DNA from: an uncultured virus (IMG/VR IMGVR_UViG_3300037962_000140)
Taxonomy: Duplodnaviria > Heunggongvirae > Uroviricota > Caudoviricetes
Reading direction: 5' to 3' (one strand)
IMG/VR virus record: IMGVR_UViG_3300037962_000140
Span: 1 to 64,000 of that record
Length of the DNA: 64,000 bases
The translations under genes and the position numbers were made by a program. The notes under the pieces are model-generated. The model made no database searches. It was not told where the DNA came from and saw nothing but the letters and a program-made list of their open reading frames with translations. Of this stretch, positions 18,901 to 29,048 are shown in pieces (positions within the stretch are counted from its first letter, which is position 1; each line of letters starts with the position of its first letter).

Positions 18901-19376
18901 TGGCGATTACCCAGGCTGTGACTACCTCGTTTAAATCCGAGTTGTTACAAGGAATACATAACTTTCACAATGGATCTGGTGGCGGTACTACAACTACTAC
19001 AGGAACAGGCAATACGTTTAAGATTGCTTTGTTTACCAGTGATGCAACCATGTCAGCGTCTACTACAGCTTACGCAACAACTAACGAAGTATCTGCGACA
19101 GGCACAGGTTATACGGCTGGTGGTAATACGCTAACTAATGTAGATCCAACTACATCAGGAACTACAGCACTTACAGATTTTGCTGATACTACTTGGTCTA
19201 GTAGTTCAATTACTGCAAGAGGAGCGTTAATTTATAACTCTTCTACCACCGCAGGAACAGCTAACAGGGCAGTTGTTGTACTGGACTTTGGCGCAGACAA
19301 AACATCTACAAGTGGCGACTTTACTGTTGCTTTCCCAACGGCAGATGCGAGTAACGCAATAATTAGGATTGCATAA
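18900..19376 (+). CDS. virion structural (tail-associated) protein
   Basis: FKIALF, GYTAGG, ARGALIYN, VLDFGADK. Confidence 0.7.
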   Translation: MAITQAVTTSFKSELLQGIHNFHNGSGGGTTTTTGTGNTFKIALFTSDATMSASTTAYATTNEVSATGTGYTAGGNTLTNVDPTTSGTTALTDFADTTWSSSSITARGALIYNSSTTAGTANRAVVVLDFGADKTSTSGDFTVAFPTADASNAIIRIA

Positions 19377-19384
19377 GGTCTGAT

Positions 19385-20086
19385 GTGGCAGATGTCAAAG
19401 TTGCATTTGATGGATGGAATTCCTCGTCTCATGGATGGGGTGAGGGAACGTGGGGTAATGGGTCTGCTTTCCCAGCAAGCACAGCGTCTGTTGGATCTGT
19501 TTCAGTTAGTGCGGATGCGAATGTCGCAGCAACAGGAAATTCGGCAACAGTCTCTGTCGGATCGGTATCTGTATCCGCTAGTGCGAGTGTGTCTGTATCT
19601 GGCAATGCTGCTACTGCAAGCGTTGGTTCGGTTAGTGTCACAGGTACGGCAAATGTATCGCCATCAGGTAACGCAGCTACCGCATCGGTTGGATCGGTAT
19701 CGGTCTCTGCCGATGCAAACGTATCGCCAAGTGGAAACTCGTCTACAGTCAGTCTGGGATCGGTTACGGTTACTGGTACAGCAACGGTATCCCCGACAGG
19801 AAACTCTGCGACAGCATCTGTTGGCAGCGTTACAGCGATTACAAGCAATACGATTCCTGTCACTAGCACAGAGCTTGTCGCGTCTACGTCAAGCGTTAGC
19901 ATCAATGGTGACGCAATTGTTGGGGTATCGGGTAATTCGGTTACAGTATCAACAACTACACCGCTTGTTTGGAGCCTGGTTGATGACAGCCAAACAGCAA
20001 GTTGGTCTGGGGTTAGTACAAGTCAAACACCAAATTGGACGGCTATTGACGATAGCCAGACACCTAATTGGAAAGAGGTAGCATAA
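19385..20086 (+). CDS. Ser/Val/Thr-rich repeat virion protein
   Basis: about 22-aa GNxATASVGSVSV repeats, Trp-repeat termini. Confidence 0.75.
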   Translation: MADVKVAFDGWNSSSHGWGEGTWGNGSAFPASTASVGSVSVSADANVAATGNSATVSVGSVSVSASASVSVSGNAATASVGSVSVTGTANVSPSGNAATASVGSVSVSADANVSPSGNSSTVSLGSVTVTGTATVSPTGNSATASVGSVTAITSNTIPVTSTELVASTSSVSINGDAIVGVSGNSVTVSTTTPLVWSLVDDSQTASWSGVSTSQTPNWTAIDDSQTPNWKEVA

Positions 20087-22804
20087 ATGGCAACTTACGT
20101 TAATGACCTAAGATTAAAAGAGATCGCCACTGGCGATGAATCGGGAACTTGGGGTACGAGTACAAATACGAATTTAGAGCTGATCGCAGAAAAATTTGGA
20201 ACAGGATCGGAAGCTCTTTCAGACGCTAGTACAGCAACCATTACGATGGCTGACGGTGCTAGTGATGCATTTCGCTCTTTAGCCCTTACTCTCACAGGCT
20301 CTCTTTCCCAGGCTTGTACAGTCACGTTAGCTCCAAATACTCTTTCTAACGTATGGGTAGTTCAGAACTCCGCTGGTGACACGGTTACACTAAGCCAAGG
20401 AACAGGCGCAAATGTGGTCATACCAAACGGCGGTATCCGAATGGTTGCCACTGATGGTGCTGGTTCAGGTGCAGCGGTTACAGATGTACTCGACGTACTA
20501 GGCGGCACAGGCAACGTAGGTTTGGGTAGCGGTGCGTTTGGTACAGGGCTTACCACAGGCACAGATAATGTAGCTATAGGCGAGAATGCTGGCGATGCCC
20601 TAACCACTGGGTCTGATAATACTTTGATTGGAGACAATGCGNNNNNNNNNNAAGCACTTAAAGTATTAAATGCTGGTACGGATGGTTATAACGTAGCTAT
20701 TGGTTACCAAGCTGGCGCATCAATGACTACGGGTACGTCAAATACTTTGATCGGTGGAGTTTCTGGAGACGTTATAACAACAGGATCGAACAATGTTGGT
20801 ATCGGAATTAATACGTTAGGCGTTCTTACAACTGGGAGCGAAAATATAGCCATCGGCACTGCTGCTTTAGATGCAGCTACTACCGCAGATGCTAACATAG
20901 CTATTGGACATGGTGCTTTAGGTGCTAACACTTCAGGCACTAAAAATACTTCAGTTGGGCATAGTGCATTAGATGCCAACACCACCGCAGATAACAACAC
21001 AGCAGTTGGGCATAGTGCTTTAGGGGCCAACACTACAGGCGCGGGATCAACCGCTGTTGGAATGAGGGCATTAACTGCTAACAGCACCGGAAGTAATAAT
21101 GTTGCCGTGGGTAAAGACTCTTTGTACGCTAATACCACTGGGTCTAATAATGTTGCAGTAGGGCTTAGTGCATTACAAAACAATACTACAGGTGAAGTTA
21201 ATTCGGCTTTTGGTACAACCGCGTTATTTACAAACACCACTGGCTATGGAAACACAGCAGTGGGCAAAAATGCTTTATATACCAACAATGGAAACAACAA
21301 CACGGCTGTTGGACATGAAGCACTAGAATTAACTTCTACTGGTAGTGAGAATACCGCAGTAGGTAGAGAAGCATTAGAAGAAAACACTACAGGAAATTAC
21401 AACACGGCTGTTGGCTATAGAGCGGCAGATTCTGTCACTACTGGAACCTACAATATAGCTATGGGCCGAAGAGCACTAGATTCTGTAACAACAAGCTCTT
21501 TTAGCGTTGCAGTCGGAGCAAGTGCTTTAGAAAACAGTACAGCGGCGGGAGCAACAGCTGTTGGACACGCAGCTTTGGCCGCGAATACTTCTGGCCTTTA
21601 TCCAACGGCTTTCGGCTTTGAAGCATTAAAGGCAAATACTACGGGCGAAGGCAACTTGGCCTTCGGATACGAGGCCGGTCACGATATAACTACAGGGAGT
21701 ACGAATCTAGCCATCGGATTCAGGGCGTTGGATGGAAACAGTACAGGTGGTTCTAATATAGCCATCGGAAACAATGCTCTAGGAAGCGCGAATAATTTTA
21801 ATCACAACATGGGAATTGGACTCCAAGCGGGTATTTCGATGGCAACTGGCACACAGAACATTTTCATCGGAAATTACGCAGGTGATGGAGCTACGGCTGG
21901 AAATAACTCAGTCGCTATCGGATATGAAGCGTTTACTGGAGCATCCACGACAGGCGGCGAACACGTTGCGATTGGGGTAGGGGCATCTTCAGCTATAACC
22001 ACGGCTACTCAAACAGTGGTCATAGGAAAATCTGCGGGTGACGCAATAACCACATCAAGTTCTTGTACAATTGTTGGCGCACTTGCTGGAAGCTCTCACG
22101 CAACTGGCGGGGGTGTAACTGCAATTGGTTTCGAGGCTGGTGCAGTTAATACGAACAGTGGCAACACGTTTATTGGATCAGAGGCGGGAGAATTAAATTC
22201 TACAGGGTATAACAACACGTTTCTTGGAAACGATGCAGGAGACATCGTAACTACTGGTTATCTTAATACCACGCTTGGAATAAATTGTAATCCAAGTGCG
22301 GCTGACGGTTATGGTCAAATTGTTGTTGGCGCAGATTTAGATGGAATAGGTAATAATTATTTTACTTTAGGGCGCAATCCTGAAGGTCAAGTTTATAACC
22401 AATATTCTGCTAATGCTTCTTGGACTAGGGCTTCTGATGTCAGGCTTAAAAAAGAAATAGCTGATAACACAGATTGTGGACTAGACTTTATTAACGATTT
22501 GCGTCCAGTAACTTTTAAGTGGAAAGCTCCCTCAGAAGTTGATTCGGATATGCCAACTTATGATCCTGATAAAACTGAACATAGTTACACATCAAAGATG
22601 TATGGGCTGATTGCTCAAGAAGTTAAAGCTGCTTTGGATAAACATAACATTACAGATTTTGGAGGATGGCATGAAACTCCAACTGACAAAGTTCAAGGCG
22701 TATCGCAAGAGATGTTTATTCATCCTTTAATTAAAGCGGTGCAAGAACTTTCTGCTGAAGTTAATACATTGAAGTCGGAAATAGCTGCACTCAAAGGAGG
22801 CTAG
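20087..22804 (+). CDS. tail fibre with NTAVGxxAL repeats and C-terminal peptidase S74 chaperone domain (contains gap 20642-20651)
   Basis: many N.A.G..AL repeats; SDVRLKKEI, LRPVTFKW, GLIAQEV, LIKAVQEL. Confidence 0.88.
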   Translation: MATYVNDLRLKEIATGDESGTWGTSTNTNLELIAEKFGTGSEALSDASTATITMADGASDAFRSLALTLTGSLSQACTVTLAPNTLSNVWVVQNSAGDTVTLSQGTGANVVIPNGGIRMVATDGAGSGAAVTDVLDVLGGTGNVGLGSGAFGTGLTTGTDNVAIGENAGDALTTGSDNTLIGDNAXXXXALKVLNAGTDGYNVAIGYQAGASMTTGTSNTLIGGVSGDVITTGSNNVGIGINTLGVLTTGSENIAIGTAALDAATTADANIAIGHGALGANTSGTKNTSVGHSALDANTTADNNTAVGHSALGANTTGAGSTAVGMRALTANSTGSNNVAVGKDSLYANTTGSNNVAVGLSALQNNTTGEVNSAFGTTALFTNTTGYGNTAVGKNALYTNNGNNNTAVGHEALELTSTGSENTAVGREALEENTTGNYNTAVGYRAADSVTTGTYNIAMGRRALDSVTTSSFSVAVGASALENSTAAGATAVGHAALAANTSGLYPTAFGFEALKANTTGEGNLAFGYEAGHDITTGSTNLAIGFRALDGNSTGGSNIAIGNNALGSANNFNHNMGIGLQAGISMATGTQNIFIGNYAGDGATAGNNSVAIGYEAFTGASTTGGEHVAIGVGASSAITTATQTVVIGKSAGDAITTSSSCTIVGALAGSSHATGGGVTAIGFEAGAVNTNSGNTFIGSEAGELNSTGYNNTFLGNDAGDIVTTGYLNTTLGINCNPSAADGYGQIVVGADLDGIGNNYFTLGRNPEGQVYNQYSANASWTRASDVRLKKEIADNTDCGLDFINDLRPVTFKWKAPSEVDSDMPTYDPDKTEHSYTSKMYGLIAQEVKAALDKHNITDFGGWHETPTDKVQGVSQEMFIHPLIKAVQELSAEVNTLKSEIAALKGG

Positions 22805-22806
22805 AA

Positions 22807-23145
22807 ATGTCGGTTACTAAAACACTAATCAAAGCAATTCCTACTAATGAAGAAGGAAAGGTGGTTAGCTGGTACATAGACTTTAAGTATGAAAAAGGCA
22901 CTGAAGGCGAAGCTGACTACCACTCTAATGTTTTTCATAAAAACATCCCTGCGGTTAGACAAAAACCTAGCAAAACTATCAACAACTTTACTCCGAAGGC
23001 AGAGGCTGATTGGTCTAAAGCAGACATAATCGCAATTTGCCCAATCGAACTTTGGGATCAGGTTTTTGACGCTCAATACGATCAGGTTATTACAAACCCA
23101 GAGAAAGAACGAACTGAAAATACTAGTTACGTTATTCCAGATTAG
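22807..23145 (+). CDS. tail-fibre-associated protein, paralog 1
   Basis: shares YExGTEGEADY and QYDxVITNP with the next gene. Confidence 0.7.
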   Translation: MSVTKTLIKAIPTNEEGKVVSWYIDFKYEKGTEGEADYHSNVFHKNIPAVRQKPSKTINNFTPKAEADWSKADIIAICPIELWDQVFDAQYDQVITNPEKERTENTSYVIPD

Positions 23146-23154
23146 GAGACTTAA

Positions 23155-23496
23155 ATGGCTATTAAGAAAACATTAACTGATGCAGTACCTTTTGTTTTGG
23201 ACGGAAAAGTAGTTCGTTGGAGTCTTACAATGAAGTACGAGCAAGGTACTGAAGGCGAAGCGGATTATTACACGAATGATAAAAACGAAACAGTTGAGGC
23301 TAGTGAAGTAAACCCAGACGGTTCAACCACTACTAACTTTACAGCCAAAGCTGAAGGTGATTGGACTAAAAAAGAACTGGAAGACCTTTGCCCAACAGCA
23401 AAGTGGGATGCAGTGTTTGCAAGTCAATACGATTCGGTAATTACTAACCCACCTAAAGAACCTGTAGCTAATAACGAGTTTGTGATACCTAGCTAA
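23155..23496 (+). CDS. tail-fibre-associated protein, paralog 2
   Basis: tandem paralog of 22807..23145. Confidence 0.7.
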   Translation: MAIKKTLTDAVPFVLDGKVVRWSLTMKYEQGTEGEADYYTNDKNETVEASEVNPDGSTTTNFTAKAEGDWTKKELEDLCPTAKWDAVFASQYDSVITNPPKEPVANNEFVIPS

Positions 23497-24200
23497 TGGA
23501 GCCGCAACACTTTACATTTCATACGCTACCAGCAGTATTTATGCTGGAGGCACAACTATCTGAAAACATGGTAGGGACTCTTAACGACTACCTAGATAAG
23601 CTAATGGTAGATCAGGAACGTAAAAGTCATGCGGGTACGCTAGTGGGTCAGATAGCCCATGGACAGCAGCTTACAATGGATCATCATTGTGAAGAGCTGA
23701 AAGATTTTAACTGGACGATTCAGGGCTTGGCAATGGATTACGTCAAGCAGTTCTGCGCTCAGTCTGGCAACCCATTGAAAGGCAAAAGAGAAGTATTAAC
23801 TGATGAGCTTTGGTCTGTTCATTCTTACGCTGGCGATTACAATCCCATACATGATCATGGTACTAAAACTATTATGGGAGTCTCCTGCACAACATGGACA
23901 AAAGTACCACAACAAATCCTAGACCAGCCTACGGCGGGGAGTGCAGAGTACAGCTTATATAACTCCTCTGGCAATGCAGACGGTTGCCTTGCGTTTAGCT
24001 ATGGCCGAAACAGTTTATTAGATACGGAGCGATTAGCTCCCCCACAAAGTTTTGTAATCAAGCCAGAAGTCGGAAAGTTCTTGATGTTTCCTAGCTGGTT
24101 GACGCATATGGTTTACCCTTTCGAGGGTGAAGGAGAACGGCGTACTGTCGCTGCAAATTTAAACGTATGGAAGGTAGATGATGACGGAACAAGACACTAA
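23496..24200 (+). CDS. 2OG-Fe(II) oxygenase
   Basis: YNPIHDH, FPSWLTHMVYPF, ERRTVAAN. Confidence 0.85.
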   Translation: MEPQHFTFHTLPAVFMLEAQLSENMVGTLNDYLDKLMVDQERKSHAGTLVGQIAHGQQLTMDHHCEELKDFNWTIQGLAMDYVKQFCAQSGNPLKGKREVLTDELWSVHSYAGDYNPIHDHGTKTIMGVSCTTWTKVPQQILDQPTAGSAEYSLYNSSGNADGCLAFSYGRNSLLDTERLAPPQSFVIKPEVGKFLMFPSWLTHMVYPFEGEGERRTVAANLNVWKVDDDGTRH

Positions 24201-24414
24201 AGAAGTTGTAGATGAAGAAGTTGTAGAAGAAGCTGAAGTTGCTCAACTACCTCCTAATCCTGAGATGTTAAATACCAGGATGGACGAGCTTAGAGAACAG
24301 ATTGCTCAAATAACGCAGGTTATTAACTCTAATCAAAAACAACTCGACACACATATGGCAGCGTTTAACTGGTATGCGCAACAACTAGAAGCGGTTACTC
24401 CGGAGCAAGAATAA
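24178..24414 (+). CDS. acidic coiled-coil hypothetical protein
   Basis: 78 aa coupled ORF. Confidence 0.6.
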   Translation: MMTEQDTKEVVDEEVVEEAEVAQLPPNPEMLNTRMDELREQIAQITQVINSNQKQLDTHMAAFNWYAQQLEAVTPEQE

Positions 24415-24617
24415 TGGATTTTGTTCTTAATATAATATCTGTAGTAACGGGTATTGTGTGTGCAGCATCGATTATATGCAGCCTTACTCCTACACCTAAA
24501 GATGATGCGTTGATTGGACGTCTATATAAAATTGTTGAGATCGCAGCGTTAAACATTGGTAAGGCAAAAGAAGGAGCTACAGCCAATCCAATTAAATTTG
24601 TCAAAAGGTCTGATTAA
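24414..24617 (+). CDS. small membrane protein, holin-like
   Basis: N-terminal TM followed by TPTPKDD. Confidence 0.55.
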   Translation: MDFVLNIISVVTGIVCAASIICSLTPTPKDDALIGRLYKIVEIAALNIGKAKEGATANPIKFVKRSD

Positions 24618-24862
24618 TGCCGGCAAAAAAGACGACAAGTAAGTCTAAAACACCCAGGAAAAAACCAATTCCTGCTTCAGACGCACAAGCAGCTCTGAAC
24701 GAAATAAGAACTCATGAAAGAGAATGTGCTTTAAGGTATGAACGTATCGAAGAGCGATTAGCTGAAGGGTCTAATAAATTTCAAAAATTAGAAAGAATGA
24801 TCTGGGGCGTATATATATTAATTGTGGGAAGTATTCTAATTCCACAGTTTTTAGGAGCATAA
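24617..24862 (+). CDS. membrane protein (HERECALRY, C-terminal TM)
   Basis: coiled coil plus TM, lysis region. Confidence 0.65.
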   Translation: MPAKKTTSKSKTPRKKPIPASDAQAALNEIRTHERECALRYERIEERLAEGSNKFQKLERMIWGVYILIVGSILIPQFLGA

Positions 24863-24863
24863 C

Positions 24864-25154
24864 ATGAGCGAAGGAAACAGTATAAAAATCCCAACGTGGG
24901 CGTTACCTATCGGTGCTGCTCTTTTATCTGGTGCAATAGCGTGGGGATCTATGCAAGCGCAGGCGCAGGCTACTGCAGACGAAGTAGCCGAGATAAAGGT
25001 TAAGGTGGAAGAAGCCGATACAACGGGAAAGTTAAACGCACAAGCGATAGAACAGATAACTCAGTCGCTTGCACAGATGAACGAGACAGCTCGAGACTCG
25101 GATGCGAAACTTCAGACGTTAATAGAGTTGATGATCAAACAAGCCGCGAATTAG
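24864..25154 (+). CDS. membrane-anchored coiled-coil protein; possible -1 frameshift extension to 25432
   Basis: N-terminal TM, AGGAG RBS, in-frame G GGA AAG at 25025-25031. Confidence 0.7.
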   Translation: MSEGNSIKIPTWALPIGAALLSGAIAWGSMQAQAQATADEVAEIKVKVEEADTTGKLNAQAIEQITQSLAQMNETARDSDAKLQTLIELMIKQAAN

Positions 25155-25428
25155 TAAATTACGATCCAAAAAATCCGAACTTAGATTGTGATTTACGAGA
25201 ATGGAGGCTCTTAGAAACGATTCAACCGCCATCTAAACGTCATGAGGTTGCTATTGACTGGTTAAGGTGGAACAAACAAAAATGTGAATACGGAGGGCAG
25301 ATATATATTCGGAATACAATGCCTCGTGTCTTAGGGACAGCGCATAGTGTTAGGGTAGAAATGTTGACATGGGAGTTGGTAAGACCTGAAGCAGAAGTAA
25401 CACAAGCAATTTTAAAAAAGAGAAGATT

Positions 25429-25683
25429 GTGAGAACAATGATGATTTTTGTGTTAATTATCCTGAAGCAGGGAGAACCTAACCTTGAATTGTATTTTACT
25501 GAATTAACAAGTTGCTTAGAGTACCGTGATGCTTTAATTCATCAGAGTGTTGGAACTCATAATTGGATACATAGTAAAACTAAACATTTTGATGGATATT
25601 GTGAAGTTAGAGAGATCTTAACGAGTGAGGCGGGAGTTAAATATATATTTAGAGACCCGAAAGTTAAAAAAGACGATGGATAG
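25429..25683 (+). CDS. hypothetical protein
   Basis: 84 aa, hydrophobic N-terminus, two Cys. Confidence 0.55.
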   Translation: MRTMMIFVLIILKQGEPNLELYFTELTSCLEYRDALIHQSVGTHNWIHSKTKHFDGYCEVREILTSEAGVKYIFRDPKVKKDDG

Positions 25684-25686
25684 ATT

Positions 25687-26007
25687 ATGAACGCAAAAAA
25701 ACTTGAACCAAGGTCTCGTTATGCAGAGTACGACACAGACGGAGACGGGATAGTAAGCGATGAAGAACTCGCAAGACATCAAGAAATGTTGCAATTGGAA
25801 TTACAAGAAGAAAAAGCTGATAGCCAAAGAAAAATGGCATGGGTGGCCATGGTCAGTATGTGTGTCTTTGCCTTGCTTCCTCTTGCTCCTTTCGTTCCTG
25901 CCGATCGCTTGTCTACATTAGCTTCTCTAAGTGATATGTTGTTTCTTTCTCAAGCTAGTGTAGTTGGGCTGTATTTCGGAGCTACTGCTTATATGGCAAG
26001 GAAATAA
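25687..26007 (+). CDS. EF-hand-loop two-TM membrane protein, candidate holin
   Basis: DTDGDGIVSDEE loop, two hydrophobic segments, directly before the spanins. Confidence 0.6.
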   Translation: MNAKKLEPRSRYAEYDTDGDGIVSDEELARHQEMLQLELQEEKADSQRKMAWVAMVSMCVFALLPLAPFVPADRLSTLASLSDMLFLSQASVVGLYFGATAYMARK

Positions 26008-26008
26008 A

Positions 26009-26413
26009 ATGGGATTTAAACTCAGCATAGGGCTAGGGTTAGCACTGGCTGTTACAGCAGCAGCATTTAAGCTGTACTATGATAAATCACAAGCGGAACT
26101 TGAATCTTTTCACATACAGCTAGAACGTGCGTTGCAGAACGAAAAAATCCTGGAAGGAACAATCCAGCAACAAAATGAAAACTTAAAACAGACTGTCGAA
26201 AAACACACACTGATGTTAGCAAAAGTAGAAACACTAACTGAAGAGAATCAAAAGGCACAGGAAGAGGTTAAAAACATTAGAGAGAAATTTGCTAAACACG
26301 ACCTCACTGTTCTATCGCTCAAAAAACCTAAGTTGATTGAAAAAATCATCAATAAAGGAACTAAGGATGTATTGAATGAATTGGAAAGTATTACTACTGT
26401 GTCTAATTCTTAA
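26009..26413 (+). CDS. i-spanin-like protein
   Basis: N-terminal TM plus coiled coil; overlaps a lipoprotein gene. Confidence 0.7.
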   Translation: MGFKLSIGLGLALAVTAAAFKLYYDKSQAELESFHIQLERALQNEKILEGTIQQQNENLKQTVEKHTLMLAKVETLTEENQKAQEEVKNIREKFAKHDLTVLSLKKPKLIEKIINKGTKDVLNELESITTVSNS

Positions 26414-26762
26414 CGGTTGTTCAGTACTTGACCGTAAACCGTCTTTGCCAGAAACCAAACAAGTAGAGGTGGTTACTGTTGTAGAGCCTGCTCCACAATA
26501 TCATCCTCCTCTTCCGAATAAAGTTAACACTCTTCCTGTTGAATGGACTGTTCTAACTCCTTCAACGATGGAAGAATACTTAATTGACTTACAGGAAGGC
26601 AATGCGCCCACTAACGCATTTTATGGGCTTTCTACAAAAGGATATGAAAACTTGTCGCACAATATGGCTGAAATTAAGCGATACATTAGACAAGTTTTAT
26701 CTATAATTGACTATTATAAAGAATCCGATAACAAGGAGGAAGTCAGTGAACGAATTGATTGA
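26376..26762 (+). CDS. o-spanin-like lipoprotein
   Basis: signal peptide with LNGC lipobox, Pro-rich. Confidence 0.72.
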   Translation: MNWKVLLLCLILNGCSVLDRKPSLPETKQVEVVTVVEPAPQYHPPLPNKVNTLPVEWTVLTPSTMEEYLIDLQEGNAPTNAFYGLSTKGYENLSHNMAEIKRYIRQVLSIIDYYKESDNKEEVSERID

Positions 26763-27165
26763 GATGCTAAGAAGACATGAAGGCGTTCGAGATAAAGTTT
26801 ATTTGTGTAGCGCAGGCTACGAAACGATAGGTGTTGGTCGCAATATAAGTGAAGATGGACTAGGGCTTTCTGAAGATGAGATTGACTATCTTCTAAATAA
26901 CGATATTAAAAGAGTTCGAGAAGAGCTTACAGAAGAATACTACTGGTTTGCAGGTTTAAATGACGCTAGACAAGACGCCATGATAGACCTTAGTTTCAAT
27001 CTTGGTCAAACAAGGCTAAGAGGTTTTGTAAAGGCTTTAGAGGCGATGTCTCGCGAAGAATTTGAAAACGCTGCTGATGAATTTATGGACAGCAGATGGA
27101 GTGAACAAGTTGGAGATCGTGCTGTAGAAGTTACAGAGATTATACGAACAGGAGAGTACCAGTAA
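26746..27165 (+). CDS. lysozyme-family endolysin
   Basis: HEG.R...Y.C..G..TIGVG, FNLG, DSRW..QVG.RA; GTG start after AAGGAG. Confidence 0.9.
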   Translation: MNELIEMLRRHEGVRDKVYLCSAGYETIGVGRNISEDGLGLSEDEIDYLLNNDIKRVREELTEEYYWFAGLNDARQDAMIDLSFNLGQTRLRGFVKALEAMSREEFENAADEFMDSRWSEQVGDRAVEVTEIIRTGEYQ

Positions 27166-29048
27166 TGCCTCTTCAGAAATTTATTTTTAATCCTGGAATA
27201 AATAAGGAAGGTACAGCATACACTGCTGAAAACGGGTGGTTTGACGGTAATTTAGTTCGATTTAGAAAAGGATTTCCAGAAAAGATAGGGGGCTGGGCTA
27301 AAAACTCTCTTAATGCGTATAAGGGAACAGGACGTAAACTTCATGCTTGGGTTAATCTTCAAGGCACAAGATTCTTAGGTATTGGAACTCGTCTAAAGCT
27401 GTATATTCAAGAGGGTGATGCTTTTTATGACGTGACTCCTCTTCGTTTAACTACGAGCGCGGGAGATGTTACTTTTTCAGCCAGTAATGGTTCTTCTACT
27501 ATTACAGCAACAGATACGAACCACGGAGCAGTAGCAGGGGATTTTGTTACGTTCAGCGGAGCTGCGAGTTTAGGTGGTAATGTAACCGCTGCTGTTCTTA
27601 ATCAAGAATATGAAGTTCTTGCGGTTACTTCAGCTAACGCATATACGTTTACCGCTAAAGACACAGATGGAGCTACAGTCACAGCAAATGCTAGCGACAG
27701 TGGTAATGGAGGAAGTAGTGTTGTCGGCGCGTATCAGATTAATATTGGACTCGATACGTTCGTGTCTGGTTCTGGTTGGGGTTCTGGTACATGGGGTAGC
27801 GGCACGTTTGGATCAGTTAGTGCATTAAGTGCGTCTAGCCAGTTACGGTTATGGTCTATTGATAATTTTGGCGAGGATATGGTTTCTTGCGTAAGAGCGG
27901 GAGGTATTTTTCTCTGGGATAATTCAGATACCGTTTCAGTTAGGGCAAAAGCCTTAGAAGATGTAACAGACGCTAACCTTCCCCCTACACTAGGTCTTCA
28001 GATTTTAGTTTCTGCGGTAGATCGTCATGTGTTAGTACTTGGCTCTGACCCAATCTCAGGCCCAACTCGTTCCAATGTTCTTGATCCGTTGTTAATCAGC
28101 TGGTGTGATCAAGAAAATATTTTAGAGTGGGAGCCGAAAAGTACGAATACTGCAGGAAACTTACGGCTTTCTTCAGGGTCACAAATCATAGGCGGGTTAC
28201 GAGCTAGACAAGAAACTCTGATCTGGACAGACACCGCGCTATATAGTTTACAGTTTATAGGCGCACCGCTCACTTTTGGCGTTAATCTAGTTAACGAGGG
28301 CGTGGGATTAATTGGCCCGAATGCAGCAGTTAATTCACCTGCAGGTGTTTTCTGGATGGATCGTAAAGGGTTCTACGTTTATAACGGATCTGTTCAACCT
28401 GTAGAGTGTAGTGTACATAGTTATGTATTTGACGATATTAATGAATCTCAGAACTTCCAGTTTTTTGCACTTCTTAATCGTCAATTTAATGAAGTAGGCT
28501 GGTTTTATAATTCTAGCGACTCTGACTTACCTGATAGATATGTAACGTATAACTACGTTGATAAAGTGTGGGCTATTGGTAAATTAGCTCGTACCGCGTG
28601 GCTTGATGAAGGAGTTGAGAATAATCCTAGAGCAGCAGGAGAAGCAAGCAGTAGCTATTATATTTATGATCATGAATCTGGGAACGATGCAGACGGTTCT
28701 CCTATGACTGACGTTTATATAGAGTCTGCTGATTTCGATATTGGAGAAGGCGAAAACTTCCAGTTTGTTCGTCGCATGATTCCAGATGTAAGTTTTACGG
28801 GTACAGGAGGGTCTGGACAACAAATTAACACTGTGTTAAAAACCCGTAATTATCCTGGTGATTCCTTAGCTACGGATAGTACAACAGCGTTTACAGCGAC
28901 CACTACTAAAATAGATATGCGAGCACGTGCAAGACAAGCCGTAGTCCGTTTTGAATCTGATGACGATGCTGATGAAGGCATACAACTAGGTGTTGGTTTT
29001 AGAATCGGTGGTACTCGTTTAGATATTCGTCCTAACGGAAGAAGATGA
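27165..29048 (+). CDS. tail hub/nozzle (P22 gp10-like) protein
   Basis: 627 aa beta-rich, VRFRKGFPEKIGGW, WCDQEN...W. Confidence 0.7.
   Translation: MPLQKFIFNPGINKEGTAYTAENGWFDGNLVRFRKGFPEKIGGWAKNSLNAYKGTGRKLHAWVNLQGTRFLGIGTRLKLYIQEGDAFYDVTPLRLTTSAGDVTFSASNGSSTITATDTNHGAVAGDFVTFSGAASLGGNVTAAVLNQEYEVLAVTSANAYTFTAKDTDGATVTANASDSGNGGSSVVGAYQINIGLDTFVSGSGWGSGTWGSGTFGSVSALSASSQLRLWSIDNFGEDMVSCVRAGGIFLWDNSDTVSVRAKALEDVTDANLPPTLGLQILVSAVDRHVLVLGSDPISGPTRSNVLDPLLISWCDQENILEWEPKSTNTAGNLRLSSGSQIIGGLRARQETLIWTDTALYSLQFIGAPLTFGVNLVNEGVGLIGPNAAVNSPAGVFWMDRKGFYVYNGSVQPVECSVHSYVFDDINESQNFQFFALLNRQFNEVGWFYNSSDSDLPDRYVTYNYVDKVWAIGKLARTAWLDEGVENNPRAAGEASSSYYIYDHESGNDADGSPMTDVYIESADFDIGEGENFQFVRRMIPDVSFTGTGGSGQQINTVLKTRNYPGDSLATDSTTAFTATTTKIDMRARARQAVVRFESDDDADEGIQLGVGFRIGGTRLDIRPNGRR

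Noticed and set aside
19383..20081. 232 aa overlapping ORF in an alternative frame, plus antisense 19429..19905
   Set aside because: Shadow of the Ser/Val/Thr repeat gene; biased codons suppress stops and there is no independent RBS
20087..22804. Diversity-generating retroelement target in the tail fibre
   Set aside because: No reverse transcriptase or TR/VR pair seen; the repeats are ordinary protein repeats
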